Shown: positions 40,235 through 48,469 of the stretch, piece after piece | How the letters are laid out: each line of letters begins with the position of its first letter | Numbering within the stretch: position 1 is the first letter of the stretch | NCBI GenBank assembly: GCA_964248365.1 | Contig: CAXTYC010000002.1 | Coordinates: 32,001 to 96,000 of the forward strand | Reading direction: 5' to 3' | DNA from: an uncultured Chroococcidiopsis sp. | GTDB lineage: Bacteria; Cyanobacteriota; Cyanobacteriia; Cyanobacteriales; Chroococcidiopsidaceae | DNA: 64,000 nt | Notes under the pieces: model-generated | Told to the model about the DNA's origin: nothing | The model's input: the letters and a program-made list of their open reading frames with translations, nothing else | The model's database searches: none | Program-made: the position numbers and the translations under genes

Positions 40235-41047
40235 ATGACCAGTGAAATAATGGAAATAACAATCGGTTGGCTGTATCCGACGCTGATGAGTACCTATGGC
40301 GATCGCGGTAATGTAATCTGTATACAACGCCGTTGTGAGTGGCGAGATTTGAAAGTTAATATATTACCTCTCGACCAAAACGCCACAACAGCAGATATCC
40401 AACAAGTAGATTTATTAGTAGGTGGCGGCGCACAAGATAGACAGCAAGAAATTGTCATGCGTGACTTACGTGGTGCAAAAGCAGTTGCCCTGCGAGAGAA
40501 AATTGATAGTGGTACTCCAGGGGTTTTTACCTGTGGCGCACCTCAATTGCTGGGACACTATTATGAACCTGCTGTAGGACAACGAATTGAAGGATTAGGA
40601 TTATTTGATTTTGTCTCCATACATCCTGGTTTAAATGCGCGTCGCTGTATTGGTAATCTGGTAATTGAAGTAACCGCATCTGGTTTAGCGCAGGAATTAG
40701 AAGCGATGCTTGGCGCTAAACCATTGGTAATTGGCTTTGAAAATCACGGCGGAAGAACTAAACTTGGTCAAGTGGAAGCACTTGGGCGGGTGGTGCAAGG
40801 ATTAGGGAATAATGGTGAAGATGGAACAGAAGGGGCGTTTTATCGAAATGCGATCGCTACCTATTCTCACGGTCCAGTTTTACCCAAAAATCCCTTTTTG
40901 GCTGATTGGCTGATTCAAACAGCACTCAAACAAAAGTATCAAGAATCAATCTCACTGGAACCGTTAGATGATACTCTTGCTAACATGGCGCGGGAAGCGA
41001 TGTTTAAGAGATTGCGCGTATTGGTTCCGACTTTAGTTAAAAAGTAG
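40235..41047 (+). CDS. gatD: GatD/CobQ-like type 1 glutamine amidotransferase
   Basis: LYP.LMSTYGDRGN, GGGAQD, TCGAPQLLG (catalytic Cys), GFENHGG and TYSHGP.LPKNP. Confidence 0.9.
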   Translation: MTSEIMEITIGWLYPTLMSTYGDRGNVICIQRRCEWRDLKVNILPLDQNATTADIQQVDLLVGGGAQDRQQEIVMRDLRGAKAVALREKIDSGTPGVFTCGAPQLLGHYYEPAVGQRIEGLGLFDFVSIHPGLNARRCIGNLVIEVTASGLAQELEAMLGAKPLVIGFENHGGRTKLGQVEALGRVVQGLGNNGEDGTEGAFYRNAIATYSHGPVLPKNPFLADWLIQTALKQKYQESISLEPLDDTLANMAREAMFKRLRVLVPTLVKK

Positions 41048-41208
41048 TAGTAAGCACCATATTTGAGTAAACATCCAAATAGTATTTCACAGATAAATTC
41101 TGTACTTTGCCTGGATATACACGAGAATTTTCAGCCTATTTCCTCATGTCGGGATAATATTCGGTGGAGGCAAAACTGAAAGGATATTGGTGAGAATTCA
41201 GCATTAAG

Positions 41209-41931
41209 TTAAATGGAGAGCAGTTCTAGCTTGAGCGAATGATGTTTTTTAGCTGAGTAAAGCTGTGCAACCATTTCTGCACGAGACGAAACCTCAAGCT
41301 TACGGAACATTCGCTTCAAAGCTTGCTTCACGGAATTCTCAGTAATCCAAAGTTCATTCCCAATTTCTGCGTTTGTTCGCCCCAAAGCAACCAATTGGGC
41401 AATTTGCAACTCACGAGGCGTTAAGCAATCAGTTCTAAAGGATTGGGGAAGCGATTTTCCTTCGGAAACATTTCGTGAACGCACTGTTGCAGCCCAAACA
41501 GATAAGTGCAAACAGATGGCACTCAAATCAGCTAAATTTTGTGTATCAAATGCAGGCATTGACTTTTCACGGGTGCAGCCCATCACACCCACTAATTGAC
41601 CGCGATTTACGATCGGTCCCGCCATTACGTGCCAATGATCGGGACGGGGACAGATTATTGTCCAAGCCGAGGGTGATGTTACTAATGCTTCGTGGACAGG
41701 AGCATGACGTTCAACTAAATAACGTACCACAGGATTGTATTCGATTGAGAGTGCAATTTTCAGGATTTTCTGAAGATTGCTATCTAAAGAGGGAAGTTGG
41801 TCGAAGAAAAAAATTCCCCGTCGTTTAGCTGCAAAATACTCACCAATTTTTGGCACGATTTGCGATCGCAGGTCTTGTTCACTAGGGGACTGGTTGATGG
41901 CTTCAAAAAGAAGCTTCAAGGGACAAGTCAT
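41209..41931 (-). CDS. GAF-LuxR transcriptional regulator
   Basis: LTPRELQIAQLVALGRTNAEIG.ELWITENSVKQALKRMFRKL.VSSR. Confidence 0.92.
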   Translation of the reverse strand: MTCPLKLLFEAINQSPSEQDLRSQIVPKIGEYFAAKRRGIFFFDQLPSLDSNLQKILKIALSIEYNPVVRYLVERHAPVHEALVTSPSAWTIICPRPDHWHVMAGPIVNRGQLVGVMGCTREKSMPAFDTQNLADLSAICLHLSVWAATVRSRNVSEGKSLPQSFRTDCLTPRELQIAQLVALGRTNAEIGNELWITENSVKQALKRMFRKLEVSSRAEMVAQLYSAKKHHSLKLELLSI

Positions 41932-42022
41932 AGATCAAGTTCTCAAAAAGTGTACCCGATCGAGGTCTAGAAGCATTGAAGTACTCAACTTATATTATCT
42001 TTAATCTCAAAAACAACTTGAA

Positions 42023-42451
42023 ATGACAATAAATTCGGAAATTGATCGCGATCGCACTCCTACACATTGGATGCAGATCGGCTTTTATGGGATGGCGATC
42101 GTCTTTAACGTCTGCTTAATTGCTCAGTTATTAACAGTTGGGGTTGCCTACTTCAACAATCCTGCTTGGTGGGTTATTCATGTTTGGCTAGTGCGAGGGT
42201 ACAGTGGACTGTCATTAATATTGCTGGGATGGTCGTTTGTAGCTCCATTCTCACGCAGAATACGACATCTCGCCGCCAGTCTACCCTTACTGCTTGGACT
42301 ACAATTTTCCAGCATTCATCTCAAGAGTCCTCTTCATCTAGAGGTGCTACATCCTCTGATTGGATTTGCGTTACTTTATGTTTCTTCAAGCCTTGTACAT
42401 CGCACATGGCGCATTTTATCGTCCACCAACCATCATAGCGATCAAGTTTGA
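42023..42451 (+). CDS. Small 4-TM membrane protein (DUF6220-like)
   Basis: Hydrophobic helices with His residues (WW.IHVW, LHPLIG); divergent from the LuxR gene. Confidence 0.7.
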   Translation: MTINSEIDRDRTPTHWMQIGFYGMAIVFNVCLIAQLLTVGVAYFNNPAWWVIHVWLVRGYSGLSLILLGWSFVAPFSRRIRHLAASLPLLLGLQFSSIHLKSPLHLEVLHPLIGFALLYVSSSLVHRTWRILSSTNHHSDQV

Positions 42452-42460
42452 GAGGTAGAA

Positions 42461-42889
42461 ATGACACAAGATGCAATCTTCAGTCCATTCTTTGCCACAG
42501 TGTTTCTGACATTCCTAGTCTGGGTGTATATGTACATCCGCCGTATCAGTTTCATCACAAGTATAAAGATCAGCCCGCAGGATCTTTCTGTATCCGGCAC
42601 ATTGGCGCAGATCACGCCACCAAGCGTATCCAATCCATCGGATAACTTCAAGAACTTGTTCGAGATTCCGGTACTTTTTTATGCGCTCGTTCTATACCTC
42701 TTCGTCACGAAGCAGGTGGATGCAGTATATGTGAACGCTGCGTGGATCTTCGTTGTGTTTCGCGCATTGCATAGCGCTGTCCATTGCACATTCAATCTCA
42801 TCATACTTCGGTTCTACCTCTACCTATTTGCCACGCTTGCGGTGTGGTTCATTGCGTTCCGCGCAGCCTTTATCCACTTTGGCACGTAG
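42461..42889 (+). CDS. MAPEG family membrane protein
   Basis: SDNFKNLFEIPVLFY and AWIFVVFRALHSAVH. Confidence 0.85.
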   Translation: MTQDAIFSPFFATVFLTFLVWVYMYIRRISFITSIKISPQDLSVSGTLAQITPPSVSNPSDNFKNLFEIPVLFYALVLYLFVTKQVDAVYVNAAWIFVVFRALHSAVHCTFNLIILRFYLYLFATLAVWFIAFRAAFIHFGT

Positions 42890-42901
42890 GTACGCTCTCC
42901 A

Positions 42902-43238
42902 TATTTGTCTATAAATACCGTTCGGATGGATGAACGGACAGGGTATATATTCTTCCTAGCAGGTGAGGAAAATATCATAGAGATCTACCCTAGTGGACGA
43001 TGGAGATACATCGGATGAGTAAGCCTAACTTTCAAGCAATGAGCCAGAAAGATTTGCACCGATTACGTTCTTGCTCATCGGGATGACCTGGAGGCTTTTT
43101 ACGCTTATGTAGACAAACTTCATGCAGAAGCAAACACCGATTGTGATGCCGCCATTACAGTCATTGCAGGATTTGGAAAATTATCCTGAATTTACCTTTT
43201 GTTTTCGTAAAGATTCTCAGCCTGGAGATAACATCTAA
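42902..43238 (+). pseudogene. Remnant two-gene module (DUF6888-like fragment plus frameshifted DUF6887-like gene)
   Basis: YLSINTVRMDERTGYIFFLAGEENIIEIYPSGRWRYIG* has no start codon. It overlaps by ATGA at 43015 with MSKPNFQAMSQKDLH / DYVLAHRDDLEAFYAYVDKLH / MPPLQSLQDLENYPEF, which needs two frameshifts. Confidence 0.6.
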
Positions 43239-43253
43239 CACTGCATTACAAAA

Positions 43254-43281
43254 GTAGAGACGCGATATATCGCGTCTCTAC
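43254..43281. repeat. 28-bp perfect palindrome (short dispersed repeat)
   Basis: GTAGAGACGCGATATATCGCGTCTCTAC; a variant lies at 51683-51710. Confidence 0.9.
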
Positions 43282-43338
43282 AAGTCCATTAAATAAGTAA
43301 GACTAACTCAACTAAGCGTATCGCTACATACTTTCTTC

Positions 43339-44835
43339 TTAGCTTTGCGCTAGTCCTTCTCGCACCCGCTTACCATATTCAGGATCGGCTTTTGTGAAAT
43401 GCTCCACCATGCGCTCTTGAATATCCCAGTTGCACTTTTTAAGCGCGGTAACAAGGTTCAAAATCAAATCGTCGCGCTCTTCATCTGAAAAAGCACGATA
43501 GCGATCGCCAGCCTGTCCGTAATCATTCGTGCGGCTGATTTTTTTGCGCTCAACTGGACCTTCAACGTAGGGAGTATGATCCTTACCAGTTTTCGGCGCT
43601 TCTTTTAACCCATGCATACTACTTGGCTCATAATTTACATGGGGATTTTCCCCTGCTTCGACTCCATCAACGCGGAAAGTCATCTGACCATCACGCTGAT
43701 TCGTAGCTACCTTAGTTTTTGGACTATTAATGGGTAACTGAAGGTAATTTGCGCCGATGCGGTAACGCTGAGTGTCAGAGTAAGAGAAAGTCCGACCTTG
43801 CAGCAATTTGTCGTCGGAGAAATCTAACCCGTCAACTAACACGCCTGTACCAAACGCGGCTTGCTCAACTTCGGCGAAATAGTTCTCTGGATTTTTGTCA
43901 AGAACCATGCGACCGACAGGTAACAGGGGGATTTGTTCTTGTGGCCAGACTTTTGTAGGATCTAGTGGATCGAAGTCGAGTTCGGGGTGTTCGTCATCCG
44001 ACAAGATTTGGACGCAAAACTCCCATTCAGGATATTCGCCTTTTTCAATCGCTTCGTACAGATCGATTGTGGCGTGGTTAAATTCCTTAGCCTGAACTTC
44101 CTCAGCCTGAGCTTGAGTCAAACATTTTACACCCTGCTTGGGTACAAAATGATACTTGACTAGATACCCTACACCGTCAGCATTCACCCACTTATAGGTA
44201 TTTACACCCGATCCTTCCATAAATCGGTAGCTGGCTGGAATTCCCCAAGGACTGAACAACCACGTAATCATGTGCGTGGCTTCAGGTGTTAGGCTGATAA
44301 AATCAAAGATGCGATTGACATCTTGTTTGTTGGTAACTGGGTCTGGTTTGAAGGCATGAACCAGGTCAGGAAACTTGATTGGATCTCGAATAAAAAAGAT
44401 TTTCAAGTTATTTCCAACTAAATCCCAGTTTCCATCTTCGGTGTAAAACTTGACCGCAAAACCACGCGGATCGCGCAAGGTTTCAGGCGAATGTCCGCCG
44501 TGAATAACGGTGGAAAAACGCACAAAAGTGGGTGTGATTTTTCCTTTTTCTTGGAAAAGCTTAGCACGGGTGTACTTGCTTACAGGTTCGTCGCCTACTT
44601 TACCATAAGCCTCAAAATAGCCATGAGCGCCAGCGCCACGCGCATGAACTACTCGTTCTGGAATGCGTTCGCGGTCAAAGTGAGTGATCTTTTCTAGGAA
44701 GTTGTAATTTTCCAGAACTGTGGGACCTCTGTCACCGACAGTCCGTACATTCTGGTTATCTGTTACTGGGTGTCCCTGGCGGTTTGTGAGAATTTCCTCT
44801 TGGTTGCTCTGCTGCTGTTGTTGATTGTCTGCCAT
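43339..44835 (-). CDS. Monofunctional small-subunit heme catalase
   Basis: [15 protein letters not shown] (distal His), RFSTV, RDPRGFA.KFYT, DLVGNN and [12 protein letters not shown] (proximal Tyr). The likely start is the ATG at 44835. Confidence 0.95.
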   Translation of the reverse strand: MADNQQQQQSNQEEILTNRQGHPVTDNQNVRTVGDRGPTVLENYNFLEKITHFDRERIPERVVHARGAGAHGYFEAYGKVGDEPVSKYTRAKLFQEKGKITPTFVRFSTVIHGGHSPETLRDPRGFAVKFYTEDGNWDLVGNNLKIFFIRDPIKFPDLVHAFKPDPVTNKQDVNRIFDFISLTPEATHMITWLFSPWGIPASYRFMEGSGVNTYKWVNADGVGYLVKYHFVPKQGVKCLTQAQAEEVQAKEFNHATIDLYEAIEKGEYPEWEFCVQILSDDEHPELDFDPLDPTKVWPQEQIPLLPVGRMVLDKNPENYFAEVEQAAFGTGVLVDGLDFSDDKLLQGRTFSYSDTQRYRIGANYLQLPINSPKTKVATNQRDGQMTFRVDGVEAGENPHVNYEPSSMHGLKEAPKTGKDHTPYVEGPVERKKISRTNDYGQAGDRYRAFSDEERDDLILNLVTALKKCNWDIQERMVEHFTKADPEYGKRVREGLAQS

Positions 44836-45124
44836 ATATACGCTAAATCTGCTATGTGTTCCCCAAGACTTGCGCCGCTTGTAGCACCACAACTCCCAGA
44901 GGTGACTACGGGTTTGCTTACCTTTATTGAAAGTAACTACTATTAGTTTTCTCCAACCTCTTACCAAAGTGTTAGATACACTCTGTCTATTGGGAGAAGG
45001 GGCATTAGGTTAAGTCAGCCTGTAAGCTTGAATACAAAGAGTTTGCTTATTTAGACTTTAAAAAAATACTCTATTTTGTAGTTGACAGAAAAAAAGTGCA
45101 TTTACAGAGGGCGTTTATTTCCAT

Positions 45125-45877
45125 TCAATCGAGAATCAAACGCGATCGCTTAAACCTACCAAGAGCGATCGACAATAACCCAGCGTCAACAACGGCTAGA
45201 AAAACTATAATTACAAAGAAAAGTTGTGTAGTATCAGCAATTTTAGCCCAATTGAGGACACTTGCTTGGAATTTACCAGGTAATAAATTAAAACCTATAA
45301 TTGGTATCCAAGTTAAACCAATGGAAACGAAAGCCAATTTTTGCGCGGCTTGTCGAACTGTTGGACTACGCAGAGACACAATCACACCAATACTAGCTGC
45401 TAATGTTGCACTCAAAAATCCTAAAATCATGCCACCGAATAATATAGAGGCAGGATAAAGTAAGAGCTTTCCATCACTATGAAAAAAGTTTACTCCGCAT
45501 AAACCAGTTAACACAACCAACAGCGTCATTAGCCAACCATAGCTAACAACTGTAATCACTTTACCCAGCAAAATAGCTAGTTCTGATAAAGGACTAGCTA
45601 ACAAAGTTTCTAAAGTGTGTCGTTCACGTTCTCCAGCAAAAGCATCAGCAGTTAGTGCCAATACTTGTAGAGTTGGTAGCCAAGCCCAAAAAACAATTGT
45701 TATTGGAGATTCTACCCACGCACTACCAATTTGTGAGGGGATAAAAATTCCAAATACTAACAATAATGGCAGCAAACTCATTATAGTTGTCCGCAGGCTA
45801 CCGCGTTGAAATAGCAGTTCCCGCCATTCTTTCCAAATTACAGTCCAAATATCGGCAATCAATGTGGAGATTGACAC
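45125..45877 (-). CDS. ABC-2 type transporter permease
   Basis: AGERERHTLETLLASP...ILLGK, with about six transmembrane helices. Confidence 0.9.
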   Translation of the reverse strand: MSISTLIADIWTVIWKEWRELLFQRGSLRTTIMSLLPLLLVFGIFIPSQIGSAWVESPITIVFWAWLPTLQVLALTADAFAGERERHTLETLLASPLSELAILLGKVITVVSYGWLMTLLVVLTGLCGVNFFHSDGKLLLYPASILFGGMILGFLSATLAASIGVIVSLRSPTVRQAAQKLAFVSIGLTWIPIIGFNLLPGKFQASVLNWAKIADTTQLFFVIIVFLAVVDAGLLSIALGRFKRSRLILD

Positions 45878-45961
45878 AATCCTTAGAGGCTATAAATAAT
45901 AATATCGCTTATCAATCAGTTATCCTTACTTTGGTGGTTACAGGGATATCTGCTCATAAAT

Positions 45962-46234
45962 ATGGTGATACGAGTAAGAACTGTACATGAGGAGTTTGAA
46001 GCGGCAGAAGATGGCGGGTATGTTTATGGCAAGATGCACCGACAAAAAAGCTTCCCTGTCTATGTTGAGCTAGGCACAGAAGAAGAATATATTCTTTCTT
46101 CAAAAGACGATCCAAAGACGGAGTATAGATTTTTCAGAGGGTGTAACGTTTTTGTTGCCGAAACTGATGAGCAACTCGATAGAGGAGAGTATATATTTAC
46201 TTCACCATCCGCGACAGTAGTTATTTATTGCTAG
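45962..46234 (+). CDS. Small hypothetical protein
   Basis: 90-aa ATG ORF with globular-looking composition; function not recognised. Confidence 0.55.
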   Translation: MVIRVRTVHEEFEAAEDGGYVYGKMHRQKSFPVYVELGTEEEYILSSKDDPKTEYRFFRGCNVFVAETDEQLDRGEYIFTSPSATVVIYC

Positions 46235-46385
46235 TTACACCAGATGAAGACACCCACGTAGTTCGCCGCTTTCCCATCTGCTTGTGCTGAATTTGGATCT
46301 GATCTCGATTTTTTTCCAAAAACTCTTCCAGCTCCTCTAAAGGAACTTGCACAACCTCTTTATTCTTGAGCTGCACAGTGAACAT
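46221..46385 (-). CDS. 54-aa small protein absent from the ORF track
   Basis: MFTVQLKNKEVVQVPLEELEEFLEKNRDQIQIQHKQMGKRRTTWVSSSGVTSNK*, with purine-rich AAAGAAGGAAAG upstream. Confidence 0.55.
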   Translation of the reverse strand: MFTVQLKNKEVVQVPLEELEEFLEKNRDQIQIQHKQMGKRRTTWVSSSGVTSNK

Positions 46386-46460
46386 AACAAGTGTTTCTTT
46401 CCTTCTTTATACCTCACAGTATGTCACAGAATGTCACAGATGTAACGTGTTGCAGAGATT

Positions 46461-47426
46461 TTAGGACAGGGGAGAAGTCTTTGTCTCCATCAAATTCAAG
46501 AAAACTTCCTCCAGGCTGGGGTTATTTTTGCGGACTTCTTCGATTTCCACACCTGCATTGACTAACATCTTTACCAGAGGTGCAGTACCCATTTGTTGAT
46601 GCAAGGTAATACTCAAGCGATCGCCTGCAATTTGAGTTGATGCAATTAGTGGTTGAGATTCTAGCAAATCTATCACTATTGGAGTGAAACCACGCCCGAT
46701 TATTTCAATTTTCGGATTACCAGAAGCAGCGCGTAACTCATCGGGATGACCAACTGCTAATAGTTTACCCTGGCGAATTACTCCGATTTTTTGGCACAAC
46801 TTTTCCGCTTCTGTTAGATTGTGCGTTGTTAAGAAGACTGTCACTCCTTCTTGCGCTACCATCTGTTGCAAATCATCGCGCAAGGCGGCGGCGGCTACCG
46901 GATCTAGCCCGTTTGTTGGTTCATCTAGAAAGATTAAAGGTGGAGAATGTAGCATTGCACGAGCTACCGCTAGCTTTTGCTTCATTCCCCGACTCCACTC
47001 ACCAACTTTTTGATGGCGGCGTTGCCAAAGCCCCATTTGAGCCAGCAATTCCTTAATGCGCGATCGCCTTTTAGCTGTTGGTAAGCGCCAAACCCTGGCG
47101 TAAAACTCTAAATTATCAACGGCACTCAGTCGTTCATACAACCCTGGATGTTCTAGCAAAGCACCTGTACGCTGGCGAATTTCCCCCCCGTGCGATCGCG
47201 TATCAAAGCCCAGTACTTCGGCTCGTCCCTTAGTAGGCTCTAATAAACCTAGTAATAACCTAATAGTTGTGGTTTTACCAGAACCGTTAGCACCCAAAAA
47301 GCCAAAGACAATACCTCTTGGTATTTCTAGGGATAAATGATCTACAGCTTGGACAGAGCCAAAATTCCGACACAGATCTAAAGTACGAATTGCGTTAGCG
47401 TTGCTTACCGAAGGAATCGCGGTCAT
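46461..47426 (-). CDS. ABC transporter ATP-binding protein (DrrA-like)
   Basis: GANGSGKTT, WSRGMKQK, LDEPT and TTH. Confidence 0.95.
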   Translation of the reverse strand: MTAIPSVSNANAIRTLDLCRNFGSVQAVDHLSLEIPRGIVFGFLGANGSGKTTTIRLLLGLLEPTKGRAEVLGFDTRSHGGEIRQRTGALLEHPGLYERLSAVDNLEFYARVWRLPTAKRRSRIKELLAQMGLWQRRHQKVGEWSRGMKQKLAVARAMLHSPPLIFLDEPTNGLDPVAAAALRDDLQQMVAQEGVTVFLTTHNLTEAEKLCQKIGVIRQGKLLAVGHPDELRAASGNPKIEIIGRGFTPIVIDLLESQPLIASTQIAGDRLSITLHQQMGTAPLVKMLVNAGVEIEEVRKNNPSLEEVFLNLMETKTSPLS

Positions 47427-47465
47427 TGACGAGCTTACAGATTGTTACTGCTTCAAACTACATTA

Positions 47466-47572
47466 CAGTTACCAGTTACCAGTTACCAGTTATCAGTTAT
47501 CAGTTACCAGTTACCAACTACCAACTACCAAGTACGGGCTTGGCTGTGTGCCCCTACCAACTACCAACCCAC
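47466..47572. repeat. STRR arrays (CAGTTAC/T)n and (CAACTAC)n
   Basis: Heptamer tandem repeats. Similar arrays occur at 13679-13740, 39122-39165, 54746-54778, 60209-60268 and 62136-62172. Confidence 0.9.
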
Positions 47573-47659
47573 CCCGCATTTTAACTTTCCAACCATAGAC
47601 AGTATGAAAAGTGTCACTATATGCTATTATCCTTAAATTACTCAGCATAAACTATAGTT

Positions 47660-47731
47660 GTGTGTGAGGAGTGGTACTACAGAAAAAGCTCTTGGGGTCG
47701 AAACATGGCAAGACTCCCAAGAGCTTTTTCT
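47660..47731 (+). ncRNA. yfr2: Yfr2-family sRNA, copy 1
   Basis: 5' GTGTGTGAGGAGT, a long hairpin with 12-nt loop GAAACATGGCAA and a T-tail; -10-like TAAACT at 47648. Confidence 0.85.
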
Positions 47732-47857
47732 ATTAGGTAGTAGCCCGCCAATGCCCACCGTTGATTATTTGTGAATTCCAAATAATTAGATTGTTGCCAG
47801 TATGAAAAGTGTCACTATTTGCTACTGTCCTTAAATTAATCGGCATAAACTGTAGTT

Positions 47858-47930
47858 GTGTGTGAGGAATGGTACTAACGAAAAGGCTCCTGGGGTCGAA
47901 ACACGGCAAGACTCCCAGGAGCTTTTTGTT
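47858..47930 (+). ncRNA. yfr2: Yfr2-family sRNA, copy 2
   Basis: 5' GTGTGTGAGGAAT, a hairpin with loop GAAACACGGCAA, a compensatory stem change relative to copy 1, and a duplicated promoter. Confidence 0.85.
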
Positions 47931-48469
47931 TGATCCGCTTTTGTTGTGTGGCGCTTAGACTGTGAATCGCGCTTGAGCCACGTCCCAACAATAGATATCT
48001 TGCCATTCACACGCCTGTAGTGTGGTACTTGCTTTGATGCGGCGTATTTGACGCAGGCGGCGTTGCCTTCCCCACACTACAATTGCTGCGAATAATCACT
48101 ATGCACTGTTAATGCATAACTGATTGGATTTTTGTTAGTCATCGCTACAAAGAGATACGTTTGCAGCGTCAAAGAATTAAGGCGACCTATTTAATCAAAA
48201 CTAACTTATTTCTGATTAAATTCCGTTAATGTTTGGCTAATAAGCTGCCTCCAAAACAAATGCCGTAAACTCACTGATGCTTGCACTTAATCAGCTTCAA
48301 TATAATAGTTTGCTAGGAAAAATGGTTGCCCTCGCAGGAGGGCAAACCTAAAACTTGGTTATTCACGTCTCTGCCCTAGTGTACGCGCCCTTTAGCGCAA
48401 TAATTGCGAGTAATCAATAGATTCTCGGTTTGAACTAATTAGGTATAAAGCTAAACCACAAAAAACAAT

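Noticed and set aside
44836..44967. N-terminal extension of the catalase ORF
   Set aside because: It starts at TTG and is not catalase-like; the ATG at 44835 is more plausible.
47401..47636. Short ORFs rich in YQLPVTSYQL (also 59980-60444 and 24750-24989)
   Set aside because: They are translations of heptamer STRR arrays or antisense overlaps, not credible genes.
47600..47930. Possible CRISPR array or generic direct repeat
   Set aside because: There are only two long units with promoter plus hairpin architecture, no spacer pattern and no cas genes; Yfr2 sRNAs explain it better.
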